DNA of 63,986 bases, the filler included, from Kipferlia bialata (lineage: Eukaryota), in NCBI GenBank assembly GCA_003568945.1. It is 6 parts of 6 records of this genome, joined end to end, with 100 filler letters (N's around TTAATTAATTAA, not from the genome) between each part and the next. Parts side by side here need not be neighbours in the genome. Positions count along the whole stretch, not along the records: positions 16,221 to 32,335 come from BDIP01000634.1; positions 32,436 to 48,548 come from BDIP01000635.1; 4 more parts are not named here. The stretch is one strand, 5' to 3'. The notes under the pieces were generated by a model that saw only the letters and a program-made list of their open reading frames with translations, was not told the DNA's origin and searched no databases. Position numbers and translations under genes: made by a program. Shown one piece after another: positions 25,101 to 38,421 of this stretch (its first letter is position 1; each line of letters opens with the position of its first letter).

Positions 25101-27718
25101 AAGACACCCCTCCTGATAGACATCAGGCCGGATAGGTATGTGCTCTATAGTGATAGTAAAGGCTGCTACGACACAATAGATACTACGATATTTTCATCCT
25201 ACTCACTGTCAGCCCTGAGCACCGTGACCCCGATAACTCCACCATCAAGGGGTATGACCAGGTATACTTAGAACGCATATACTATATAGGACTAGGGTAC
25301 AGCATGTAGTCTGAAAGTTTTCTATATACTAACCCTCAGCTAGGCGAGTATGCCTGGGAGAAGGAGTTCCTGACTCTGCCCGCACAGGACTACAGGAAGA
25401 TCGACACGTACGTATTATTGTTGTGTATCTTACTCGGTATCCTATTTCGTGTAGGTGTGTGTCTCATACTCCAGAACCTCCCAGGGAGAGATCACTCAGA
25501 TCTACATGCGCAACACATACGTCCGCATATCCACAGGTATTAGTCACGCATTATCTCATCTATATATGCTATATAGTGTTTATATGGTATACTATACTGT
25601 ATATATATACATACTACCCCTGGTCCCATAGATGTGCTGGGGTACCATATGTATATTTATATATATATATACCTAAACTGTATATTGTAAAGTATGTTTA
25701 CACTAACCCCCAAGACGTGCAAGGGTGCGGCAGTGCCAGTCTCTATATGTATATAGATCGGTGTATAGATATACTGTAAATATATGTACTTACCTCTTAG
25801 ATGTACAGGGGTGCGGCAGGTGCCAAGCTGGAGCTGATATTCAAATCATTTACTATACTCTGCACTGTATGTACTAACTATACTAATATTACACTCTACT
25901 GTGTCTAACCCATAGATGTTCAGGGGTGTGGCAGTGCCAAGCTGGACCTCCCCCTCCACTTTGTTACCAATGCAGCCCTGGACGCAGCACCTGTGCCCTG
26001 TGCACCCATGGCAGACATTGACACTCATATAGGTATACATGGTATATATATTCTATATATAGATGGGAAGATAGACATATGTATATATATTGGTATATAC
26101 TCTGCCCCTGTCCCATGTGCACCCATGGCAGACATCAACACACATATAGGTATACATGGTACATATACTATATATAGTATATATATATGTATAGATAGAT
26201 AGATAGATGCTGTCCCTGTCCCATGTGCACCCATGGCAGACATCAATACACATATAGGTATATATACTGTATACTATATAGTTAGATATAGAAAGATATA
26301 TGTGTAGATTGATTGATAGATATGCTGTGCCCTGTGCACCCATGGCAGACATTAATACACACATAGGTACTATATATACTTTTTATATATATATATATAT
26401 ATATATATAGGGAGAGAGAGAGAGAGATGTATATAGATATATATATACTCTGCACCTGTCCCATGTGCACCCATGGCAGACATCAACACGCACATAGGTA
26501 TATATACTATGTATACTANNNNNNNNNNNNNNNNNNNNNNNNNNNNNNNNNNNNNNNNNNNNNNNNNNNNNNNNNNNNNNNNNNNNNNNNNNNNNNNNNN
26601 NNNNNNNNNNNNNNNNNNTATTCATAATACATATAGTATATAATGGCATGACCTACCAGTCAGATGGGACTGGGTACCTGTCTGGGACAGCGAGTACAGG
26701 TGTGTCAATATCATGTATATATATAATTATTGCATATATATATATGCATAATACATATATTATATAATGGCATGACCTACCAGATGGGGCTGGATATCTA
26801 TCAGGGACAGCGAGTACAGGTATAGTGTATCGTTACTAGTGGTATATAGACACTGGTACTGATACCGGACGAACGCCTATCTGGGACAGCGAGTACAGGT
26901 ATGTCAGTATCAGTAAATAGAATATTATACTCTCTGTATATAGGTAGTGATACTGATCTGCAGGCACATCCGCCGTGACCTACTCCTCTGCTACTACATC
27001 CACCCACACTGCATCAGTATATGGTATATAGATAGTAGAGGTATACAGATACTGATCGATAGGCACCTACTCCTCTGCCACCACCTCCACCCACACTGCA
27101 TCCACTGAGGTGTGCTGTGGGAATGGCCCAACAACGTCATCAACATCTACATACAACGTGGCATCGACCGCCTCGACAGACGGGGTGCCCACAATGAGCT
27201 ACCAGGTTGGTATCTCTCTCTCTCTCTCTAAATCTCAATTTCTATTCGTATTTCTTTCTCCCTTGTTCTATCAGCTAATAGACATGTCTAAGTAGCCTCA
27301 CCCTCAGTACTCTGCCACCGCCTTTCCTCTCTCTCTCTCTACCAATACATCTTCTCCTCTATGTATCCTAATTAACCTCACCCTCAGTACTCTGCCACCA
27401 CCTCCAACCCCTCTGCCGCTGACCAGGCATTCACATACCAGTACAACACAACACCTCAGGACACGGGGGCTGAGGGTATGTGTTCATACTTCGGATATAT
27501 GTATGATATATGTATTCTTGGCTTTGGATACGAGAATGAAGTATTCTAGTGGAACCATTAGTATATTACCGTCTTCCTGTTGCCCGTCTCAGCTATCGAG
27601 GACATGGATTCTTCAGGAATCCATGCATCGTGATATGATTGATTCTTTTGACTCTTGCTCAATATCTCTCACCCCAGACGGTGGACCTCCTCCCCTGAAC
27701 TACATGTACGGACAGTGA
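22171..27718 (+). CDS. Alpha-arrestin (arrestin N and C domains) with Ser/Thr-rich tail
   Basis: MGIFTADGDLSVQWDREIPLYWPGERVHGTATF...SITMGIVGMEH...FHFPFDFTLPPNLPWS...VMYCL...VSLHIENVGEKPV; typical arrestin-fold motifs; ends DGGPPPLNYMYGQ*. Confidence 0.75.
24596..24950 (+). repeat. Donor-side junction echo x4
   Basis: TGTGCTCAAGGAGCCCATCC(A/C)AG|GT x4. Confidence 0.9.
25627..26500 (+). repeat. Acceptor-side echo x4 and donor-side echo x5 around one arrestin exon (25916-26032)
   Basis: AG|AYGTNCARGGGTGYGGCAG copies upstream; TGTGCACCCATGGCAGACATYRAYACNCAYATAG|GT copies downstream. Confidence 0.9.
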
Positions 27719-28282
27719 TAGGGGTGCATGTATGAACAATGTCAACGGGTCGTTAAGGGACAGTGACAGCACATGTGTGGTCAATCTTATGGGTTGAGTA
27801 TCTGTTGTATGCTGGTAACAGAACCAACTCATCAATGGAACCAGGACCTGTGGCGTCTCCGCTTGTGTCTTTCCGCCAATGTGATGTACATGTACCGTGG
27901 GGTGCTGAGGTCTCTTTAGTAAGGATAGGTGGAGAGAAGGATCATCAGAGCCGGCCTCAATTCTCTTGACTCATAGCCGTGTAACGCATCTTCAATAGAA
28001 TCATGAATTTCATGGCATGAAACCCCGTTACTTGCCACTATTCTTTCAACGCCTCCAGACAACGTGTTCTCCCCTTTGAATAACCCATTCAATGGGAGAC
28101 CTTCAAATACCCGCGTGAAGTGAACGAGTGAATCATGCACACGATCCCTCCAAGGCTTGGAGTCCAAGCACTCACTCGAGTGAGACCCTATTATAGGTCA
28201 TGTTCCTCTATTGTACAGTATGTATATTCTATTCCACTCTATCTAAAACCCAGAATACATCCTAGAACCTATCCATAAATAT

Positions 28283-29667
28283 CTAGTCCTCCTCGGAGTC
28301 ACTGACTGTGTTGATGGCGTTGTATGGGTTGTATGCATTGGCAGCCTGGGCAGGGTATCCGTTGGGAGACTCTACAGCAACAGGGACGGCATTGGTGGCG
28401 GGAGAGACAGAGAGAGGGGCAGGGGCGGGGCTCATACTATCAGCCTCCACAGGGTGTATCTGCAGCACTGCATTGGATGGTCTGGGGGCATCCTCTGTCG
28501 GCATAGGGGGGACGGCGTTGGTAGGGGCAGGTGGGGGGCTCTGGACCTGAGGGGGGTACCCAGCAACGGCAGGCTCACCTCCAAATGCAAACTGGGGGTG
28601 AGGGATGTTGTGTATCTCTCTCCCTCTCCCTCAGTGACTTAACAGAGAATACCTAGTTCCCTATCTTGCCATGTTATAGTACACCTGTTGCGTCGATACA
28701 TACACACTCAATACACTCTAAAAGAACTATATTCTATATACCTGCTGCGTGACTTATAGTACATATACATATCCACAATACGTATATATATATATAAACA
28801 TACCTATATACCCATATATAGATACTGTCTCATAATATATGATATGTAGCACTCAATATTACATGTAGTACGACACACCTGCTGCATGACGTGTGCCACT
28901 GCGGGTGATACCCCAGCTGGGACACCCTCTGCTACAGGGGCTGGGACTGGGGCTGGGGCTACAGCAACAACAGGAGCCCTGGTAGTGAGTGACAAGAGTG
29001 GAAATATGAAAACTTTGAAGAATACACAAATGTTTCTCGGGAAGAAAGGTTATGTATATGTAGGCAACAGGAGCGGGCGCCCTGGCAGTGAGAAGAATGG
29101 GAGCAAATATGATAACAACTATTGACAAGTATATATCCAGAAACTCTGGTTGCAGGCTGAGGCTGGAAATACTCTCAACACTATGCTGAGGTGTAAACAT
29201 ATACTGCAGCATAGACTGATACTGTAGGGCTGACACATTACGGCAACCGCAACCTAATGTATACGCAACTCAAAAGGAATACTACATATTGGCATAATGA
29301 AACGTACTCCATGACCACATCACCCTGAGCCTCTCCCGCTGGCACCTCTCCCTCTCCCTCTCCCTCTCCCTCTCCCTCTGCCTCTGACTCTGCCTCTCCC
29401 TCTGCCTCCAGGTATGCATCAAACATGGCTATCACGGTGTGGGCCTGGGATAAGAAGCATATACCAACATATGAGTGTAAGTTGTGTCAATATTCATTAA
29501 TATATTCAACCATTTCCCAGGTATATATGCATCAAACATGGCTATCACGGTGTGGGCCTAGGGTAAGTGGAAGTAACATATATACACACAAGGAGAGAGA
29601 GAGAGAGAGATAGTAGAATGCATCAAACATGGCTATCACTGTGTGGGCCTAGCATTAGTAGCAGCAT

Positions 29668-29704
<37 letters not shown>

Positions 29705-29796
29705 GGCATATAGATGTATATATACGTTCATGCATCAAACATGGCTATCACGGTGTGGGCCTAGGATAAGTGGAAGTAATATATGTATACACACAT

Positions 29797-29835
<39 letters not shown>

Positions 29836-32155
29836 GCATCAAACATGGCTATCACGGTGTGGGCCTAGGATAAGTGGTGGTACTATAAAACATAGAAGTT
29901 TAGACACTAGTATACAATAGTACACCAGTCTATATTAATACAAGTATATAGTGTCACACACACACACACAGACATGCACACACATACACATACATACAAT
30001 GCCGTACGTTGTCTGCCATGTCGTACTGCTGTGCCACAGTCTCACAGGCCATGCGGCATCTCTCCATGGCAAGGGCGATGTCCTCTGATATAGGCCTACC
30101 AGGCCTGGCTGAGCCATTGTCTCTGAGGTAGTGCAGGACATAGGCCACGCTGAGCTCCTCAACAACCTGATGGTCAACATATATATTCATTGCAATATCT
30201 ATAATGTACATAATATGACATACCCTTGCTGTGGTGTGGTCATGTTCAATCACGTCCTCGAGACAGTTCATCACATCACCCATCATGCCCTGGTGTCATA
30301 GTCAAAGATAGTCAAAGATAGTCAAGGTTATCACACAGTGCCACAGAGGCGAGGGAATGGTGAACGTAGTGTGTATAGTATGTATTCATATATCTATGTG
30401 ATTAATATGCCGGATTCTCTCCCACTTGGCCCAGCATGTCGAAAACGGGCCGGTTATTGGTGTATATATCACATATATAATATAATATGATTGATAGCAT
30501 CTATCTATCCTCTTATCCATCAATCCATCTATCCATCTATCCAGCCATCTATATATATATGTACGTATGTATACCTGTTCCAGCATATCAAGCAGGGGCT
30601 GGTGGTCTGCAGCAACGGACAGGGCATTGCCAACCAGGAAGGCTATCTCCTTCTTGGTGGCAGTGTCATAGTGGTCAAGTCTACAGTTAAAGAGAGGTAT
30701 TCATAGTCATATATATATATATATATAGTATACACATATCCTATATATCAAGTCTAGGTAAGTGAATGAATACATACAGATACACAAACACAGATACTAG
30801 CAGAAGTAAAGAATCACACTATGGACTCGCAATGAGTGGCAAGAAATTGAGCGAAATGAGCGTATTCAATGTTAGAATATACTAAGCTTAGTAGAATACG
30901 TATGCACGGATAATATAACCTAGTAGTATATAGTATTGTGTATACTACTGTACCTAGCTGCACTGAGTAGGAGTGCATACACAGGGTGTGCCACTATCAC
31001 AGGCACAGTGACAGCGGTGGCTGAGACGTTGGACAGGGACCACACTAGCTCCTGGGTATTAGCATAATGGTATTCATATATATATATAGTAATAGACACA
31101 TATATATAGGTGTATATACATGTATGGCTGTGACGTTGGACAATGACCACACAAGCTCCTGGGGGTGTCAGTATCAATATCTTACCAACACTGGATACCA
31201 ATATAGTATAAATATATATGTATTATAGTAAATTAATATATTGCATATGTATGTGTATGATGTGATGTCATACAAACATATACATCTGTATATCTCTATG
31301 TATACATGGGGAGTGTCCATGACAGAGACCACACCGGCTCCTAAGGGTGTAAGTCTCGATATTATCACACGTTTGCTGTACATCATATACAGATACAATA
31401 TGTACACAGGATACATATAAGCACTTTCATTGGGATTGTCCTCTGCCCCCCACTGGGTATTACACGTCATACACATATATATTCATACACATACACATAT
31501 ATAATATATATATAGAGAGAGTACCTTCATTAGCATAGTCCTCTGTCCCTCACTCTCTCTCTATATATATATCATAATATATACATACATATATATACAT
31601 AGAGAGAGAGAGAGAAGGAGAGAGAGAGTACCTTCATTGGGATAGTCCTCTGTCCCTCACTGTGTAGCACCAGGTGGTGCAGCACGTCCAGACAGCCCAT
31701 ATCGCACAGCCTAGGTGTCAGAACATATGTACAGTCTATATATACATGCATATATGTGTATATATACATATGCATATATATGTGTGTGCAGCACGTCCAG
31801 ACAGCCCATATCGCACAGCCTGAGGGTCAGTACATGCATATGTAGTGTGAATGTATATATATACAATGCCTGTTTAGCATATGTTGTACATCCAGACAGC
31901 CCATATCGCACAGCCTGAGGGTCAGGACAAATATGTACAATATATATATATATTACTCTAATATCATACAGGTAAATCAAGACACCCTAATCGCACATCC
32001 CGAGGAAAGATTAGTTCTTTTCGAGAACATCACTGAAGTATATATATATATATATATATGAATATATATACTTATAGAGAGAGAGAGAGAAATATACACC
32101 TTACACACGTGGCATCTGGGCCAGACAGCAGGTTGCCCAGGACCCTAGCACACAC
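28283..32155 (-). CDS. Importin-alpha-like armadillo-repeat protein, C-terminal part
   Basis: Exons VCARVLGNLLSGPD, LCDMGCLDVLHHLV, ELVWSLSNVSA, TKKEIAFLVGNA, then acidic EGEGE stretch and FAFGG; W/G-x-L-x-N ARM helix-3 pattern of karyopherin alpha. Confidence 0.7.
29412..29872 (-). repeat. Acceptor-side junction echo x5
   Basis: ATGCATCAAACATGGCTATCACGGTGTGGGCCT (plus strand) x5, spaced by TA/GA/CA microsatellites. Confidence 0.9.
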
Positions 32156-32193
32156 CTGAGAGTGAGAGGGATATATATATATATAAATATGTG

Positions 32194-32228
<35 letters not shown>

Positions 32229-32280
32229 CAGGTTGCCCAGGATCCTGGCACACACCTGATAGTGAGAGGGATACACACAC

Positions 32281-32335
<55 letters not shown>

Positions 32336-32767
32336 NNNNNNNNNNNNNNNNNNNNNNNNNNNNNNNNNNNNNNNNNNNNTTAATTAATTAANNNNNNNNN
32401 NNNNNNNNNNNNNNNNNNNNNNNNNNNNNNNNNNNATTGAGCGAATATGAAAAAGGGTTCAGCTCGAGAGAGGAATAAAAAGATTCTTCTCGAGTGACTC
32501 TATTAGAGTCATCAGTTGTGACAAGTGTTGTCACCACTTCGGTACATTGTCAGAAGTGTCAACAACATGTATCAATCCCATAAGTAGCTTCTATGTCCAC
32601 TATAGAGACAGTGTGTTAGAATAATACGGAGAATACAATATTTATGTGTGTCAGTATTATCAACCTAGCCTTTAGGCATATATACATCACAAAAGCAACA
32701 GTCTCTCGGTCAGGAGGCACATCCCATCCTCGTCCACTGACAGAGACTGGTGTGTATAGCACATATC

Positions 32768-34007
32768 TTACAGCCCTGCCAGCCGTGCCGACAGGTTGTC
32801 GTCCAGTGTGGCCTGGGCTGGTGCCTCCGTCTGGTGCAGGGACTGGGTGGGTGCTATGCCCATGGCCTCGCCCACCTCCAGACCGGCCTCCAGACCCACC
32901 TGCGTCAGTGGCATCAGGATCATCAGTATCAGTATCCAAGAGGAGTAACCATCATGAAGACAGGTATGAGAGAGATACTGCACCCAATACCGACACTGCC
33001 GTACCTCCTCGATGAGAGAGTCCACAGCTGAGACCGGGGCCGATGTGGCTGTCTGGGACGACAGGGCCGTCTGGCCCATCGCCGTGGCATGGCCCAGCTC
33101 GCCAGTCAGGGTCTGGGGTCGGTACACACATACAGACATATATATACGTATATATATATATGTGATCTGTCAGGTCAGGGGAGATGGCTCGGGTCATCTA
33201 TCAACACAGACATGTATATTTCTTGAATATACACAATGGTGGTGTCTGAACTACCCCACCTGGAACCTGTCCATGACCGAGTCCATCTGCATGGGGTCCA
33301 TCGAGGAAAGGGCAGAGGTCAGGGCAGTGTTGAGCCTGCCAATGTCAACGTTCATGGACTGCATGGCCTGGCCTGGGGGTGGGGGGGATGGTTATATAAT
33401 ATATATGACAGAGAGTGAGATGGGCATATATGGAGACGGTCTGAACACCAGTACCTGTCTCTATGTTGCTCATGGCCATCTCTATCTGGGCAGACAGCCG
33501 CAGGAGCTTGTTGGCCTGACAGAGTGAGAGACAGAGACAGTATACACTCCGGCATTGAGACAATGATATCCCCGGGGGCCAGTATCGATACCTGCTGGGT
33601 CTTGGCCACTGACATGTTGGCGTAGATGGCTGCAGACTCTCTGTCCCCCTCTGTGAGGCAGTGCTTGATCTTGGCCCTGATTCATTAAGATATAGATAGA
33701 ATAAGGTGAGGATGGGGCACATGATAACACTGATACTACTGATGGACAATACATGCAGTAGCGGTCTTTCTCTCTGTCTCCAGTCCATTAAAAGCTCCTT
33801 TCCGCAATACAGACTCTACCTTAGCTTGGTGGCCGCCTTCCGTTCCTTGGCAGACTGTCTCTCAATGTGTTTCACTTGAAACCTTGTCATGAGACATAAT
33901 GGCAACGACACACTGAAGGATACTCAACAGTCACACGACACACCCCACACTCACCTCATATCAAATATCTGATCCTCCACGCTGACTTTGGAAGGAGCAG
34001 CTCCCAT
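32768..34007 (-). CDS. CHMP1: ESCRT-III subunit CHMP1/Did2/Vps46
   Basis: Spliced EDQIFDMRFQVKHIERQSAK...KIKHCLTEGDRESAAIYA...LLRLSAQIE...MDSVMDRFQ...TATSAPVSAVDSLIEEV...DDNLSARLAGL* (C-terminal MIM1). Confidence 0.85.
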
Positions 34008-34158
34008 CTTCACGACAGTGAGTCTGCAGGTAGAGAAGCATCTAAGCTTAGTGACAATAAAATACAAAGCAGGTGGCTAGACCCCTCTTTCAAAAATCTC
34101 GTTACTAGGACACAGCCCAAGGCCTCTTTAGGTTCACTTGGGACCGAGACTCCCCCCG

Positions 34159-37100
34159 ATGGAAGAGCCCAAGGAGTACATGCGGCTCCGGGGTGTGTTT
34201 GACACCTTCCAGCGGGTGCAGTCCCTGGTACTGACAGCAGACCCCCCCGAGACCCCATACACGTCCAAGTACCAAGCAAGAGAACTCCTGGTATGTTGAC
34301 GTAGTCCGGTGGTTTAGAGTAAGAAACCCTCGTTGGCTGTTTTCAGTGTCATAGGATGTAATATCGCAGTGCGCATGTGTATGTATCTGTATGACCCCAG
34401 GGACAGATGGTGGCCGAGACCCAGGCCCTGACCCTGACCATGGGGACAGGGGCAGGGGCAGAGGGGGAGGGGGAGGGGACCCCAGACACCACGGTGCTCA
34501 AGGACTTCGTCGCCTACTTGCACCATCTCATCGGGGTACTGGCGTACGAGACTGAGGTCAGGCCAATGAATCTACCGTCTGCTTAGCTCCCCACCCCACC
34601 CCAGGAGACGTCTGCCGCCGTGACCCATCTGAGTCAGAGCCTGGCCTGGCTGGGGCCTCGGCTGCAGGTGGACACGGCGGCACTTGGACATCCCCCTGCT
34701 GATGCTGATGCTGATGCTGAGTCCGAGGCCGACTCTCTGCCCGTGGCCCTTGTCTCTGAGGCCCTGTCTCCCGGTGTCTCTCTTGCCCTGGCCCAGCTAC
34801 TGGTCCGGTCCCTCAATCAGATGGGTGTGGTCTGGACAAACAGGCAGGTGGGAGGGCATGTGTTTGTATACATGGTATATACTGGTACTGATACTGGTCT
34901 GGACAAACAGACAGTTCGCATGTCATGTTGTTGAAGTGTACACACATTTGTACCCAATTGGTGTGTTCTGATATGCAGGACCCCACCCGGGGCATGCACT
35001 ACCTCAAGGCAGCTGAGGCCCTCTACCGCACACACGTCATGCCCCACATCGAGGCACTCAAGAGTGGGGCCCTGGGGGTGCGTACCGTCCCCCCCTGTGG
35101 CACTGAGCCTGTGCCTACAGACACAGACACAGGGTCAGAGGGTGCAGACACCCCTGCCGGCAGTGACTGCCAGGACGGGTGGTGGCTGCCCCCCATATGC
35201 CCCCAGTGGATAGAGTCCCTGCACACATACACAGTGTTCTTCCTGGCACAGGTACACGCGTGTGAGAGTATGTATGCTGACACATATGGGAGCCTGTTTT
35301 ACCATACTCCTTTCTCTGAGCTATCCAGTATGGATATAATGCATGTGTTTCCAGCGTAGATAGATACCTGTCTTGCCCTGGTCTCCCCCACTGACAATGA
35401 TACTGGTACTGATATGTGTACCGACAGTGATACTGATACTGCCACTGCCACTGACCCCAGGTGTACAGCGCCCTGGGGGAGGCCTCCCTGGCGGCCGAGT
35501 ACTGCCGCACCACCCTGGACAGACAGAGTGCCCAGGGCGGGGTGGACGTGAGTGAGTGGGTGTCCAATGCCGTGGACCTGGTGGCATACTACGAGGGACA
35601 GGGACAGGTTAGTGGCAGTATCAGTATCAGTATCTATATAAGTCAATCACTATACATTCCTATGTATGTATACCTGGTACCATACTATGATGAGGGTCAG
35701 TGGCAGTGCTGGTGGGAGGCCGGTGGCCCCAGTATCCCTCAGTCTCTCTCCCCCTTCCCTAGCCCTCACCTTGCTGGACATGATTGGTGACTCTCTCTCT
35801 ATCTGCCTCTATAAATCCCACCCCAGCTGGGGTCCGTGCGGCACCTGCTGTCCCAGGCCAGGGCCATGCTCGACAGCCCCAGTGCCAGTCTAGACACTGA
35901 TGCCGAGGACCACAAGGTGGACACTGGCATACACATATATATGGATATATATTTAATCACTCGTGTTTGGGGTCCGTATATTCAAGGGATGATATCCAGC
36001 GATATCTGTAAGCTGATATGGCCTTGGGACATGTTCTTGTCAGATGTCTTTGAGAGTCCACTGTGCTAGACGGTGTTTACCCCTCCGTGTCTCATATAAC
36101 TCTAAGCCCCACACTCTCTACCCTGCCCCTTATCCGTAGGAGCTGATTGCCAAGCTCAACGTGGCCGAGGGTAACCTGTACTCGGGGGTGATCGCTGCGT
36201 CCAGAAACACACTCACTAGGTATATGTGTGTGCATGTATTGGTGGATATAGACACACTGGGTCTGTATATATGCCCTGACCCCAGATGGGAGGACGCCTG
36301 TCACGAGGCCAGGGCGGCCGGTGAGGCTGTGCCTGTGAGGCCCAGGGCCTTTGTCAGCATGGACGTGGACGTGGCCCCAGACCCTGCAGAGACCAGGGAA
36401 GGCACAGACGCAGACGCAGATGCAGATACAGATGCAGACACCGCTGACGTGGCCCTGCCCCCCATGGACACAGACACCTCAGACGGGGCAGAGGTACGGG
36501 GTGGTCTGCTCACTAGTGGTTGTGGGGGGGTGACCCAGGGTAACATATGACACTCATTGTCATATATCAAGTAATGACATGTATATATATATGCTGACCC
36601 CAGGATGAGATGCCGCTGCTCAGTCGGTCCCAAGCCTATGAACTATTCAACAAGGTGTGCACCGGGTATTCTATGTGGGTCTGTATACACTGTGTACTGG
36701 CCTTGCTTTCACACAATGCGGATGTTATATACTGATACATATTCACCCAGTGTCCATCATTACATCATCATCACGCCATGTAGAATTGGGGTTGTGCACT
36801 ATACCAGTTCTGTGCAGATGACATTCTATTATGATCCATTCACACTTGCTGTCATTCCACATACCATATCAGTCGACCACTCTGAGGTGTTCCACTGCCC
36901 TCCGTTTGATTCCTCTCCCACCTGTCTGACCCCCAGGCCTATGCCCACTATCAACAGGCCCTGGATGTGTTCAAGCTGGAAGGGTTTGTCACAGGCCATG
37001 TCGCAGTGCTGTTCCGTGTGTGTGATGCCTATCTGGCCCTCAGTTCCTTCGAGCCCCAGGCCTCGATGCAAGCTAGGTCCGACGTCGTATGTGTGTGGCA

Positions 37101-38292
37101 GTCTTCATTGTCTTCATGATGTCGAAGCTTTGCTATCTATTTCGCTTGCGGTATCAGTGTCAGTATAATGTGCCACGACTTGTTCTTGACCGCATATGTC
37201 ATATATTCATATGGCTTCTGATATATACATATGCCTTCTGATATATACATATGCCTTCTGATATATACATGTGCCTTCTGATCTCTCCAGGCTGCACCGG
37301 CGGAGGGAGTTGCTTCTGTCCCGGGTCCTGCCGCAGCTGAACCCCCAGCACTACCTTGTTCTGATGCGGGAGATGCACTTCAGAGTGGCGCATGCGCAGA
37401 TGGATCTCTTTGACATCAAGCAGGTGGGGGAGGGGAAGGGGGTCTGGGTCTGGGTCTGTGTGTGTAGTGACTATATCATGTGTGATCCCCTGTGCCTGAC
37501 CCGAAGGAGAGGGTCCAGTCGCTGTGTGAGGCCATTGAGATGGCCGCCAACCCCGAGGCCCTGATCGCACAGCTGCCCCAGGGGGAGAGAGAGGCATACT
37601 CAAAGGCCCTCAAGGTCAGACACCAAGGCCCTCACCTGTATGTGTTTGTGTATGTGTATATATACCCTGATGCCAGGTTGGGCTCATGTCCCTGCAGTCT
37701 CTGCGTCTGTTCCACAAGACGTATGAGCAGGAGGTGAGGCGCCGTCTCCAGCGCGATGACGCCTCGTACTCCCACGGCCTGCCCGAGGGGGTGGACGATG
37801 TCATTGAGCTGCTGGATGGGCCTGAGGATGTGGCCGGGTATCTCCAGGGCCTCTTTGACCTGGGCAGGGTGCAGTTCCGCCTCCCCGTCATCGACAGCGA
37901 CAGGCGCATAGTGTTTCTCGAGGACGCTGTCCAGTGCTTTGCCCGTGTGGTCAAGTACGGGGGCCAGGTCACGACGCAGGCCATGGCCCAGCAGCGCAAC
38001 CTGTGCAAGGAGATGCTGAGGCTGCTCACGGCCAAGGTCAGTCTAAGGTCACTGTCGTTTGTGTCTATGCCTTTGTTGACGTCAGGTTCATCAGCTCAAG
38101 CGTATCCGTATGCAGAGCCGCAGCCTGAGTTTAGTAGCTGCTGGTACAGAGGAAGAGGGCGGGACTGTCGCACAGGACGGGGATGTCGATGTGTCTGGGT
38201 CTGAGCCAGTGACCAATGCCGATTCAGTGGCAGACTCGCCAGAGACTGACACAAGTGCCCATGGAGACTCGGGACTGGACGCACAAGACTGA
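34159..38292 (+). CDS. KIFBP: KIF-binding protein (KBP/KIAA1279)
   Basis: DPPETPYTSKYQARELL, ESLHTYTVFFLAQVYSALG...AEYCRTTLDRQ, FKLEGFVTGHV, RLHRRR...LNPQHY are all KBP motifs. Confidence 0.85.
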
Positions 38293-38421
38293 ACGCAGTA
38301 GAAGATATATGTGCACAAGAATGTACATAGAGCCTTGAGTGTTCAAAACTCCTTTATACTACCAACCAATCGCATAGAGTGACCAAATTCCATTTATATA
38401 CAACGAAGACACAGGGTGCAC

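Noticed and set aside
27916..28167. 83-aa minus-strand ORF between convergent genes
   Set aside because: Non-ATG start, no recognisable motif or splice context
29412..29872. CRISPR-like repeat/spacer appearance of ~33-nt repeats
   Set aside because: The repeats are copies of an exon boundary, the spacers are microsatellites of uneven length, there are no cas genes, and the context is eukaryotic
37201..37283. 20-nt tandem repeat ATATATACATATGCCTTCTG x4
   Set aside because: Purely intronic minisatellite; it does not cross the splice junction, so it is not counted as an echo
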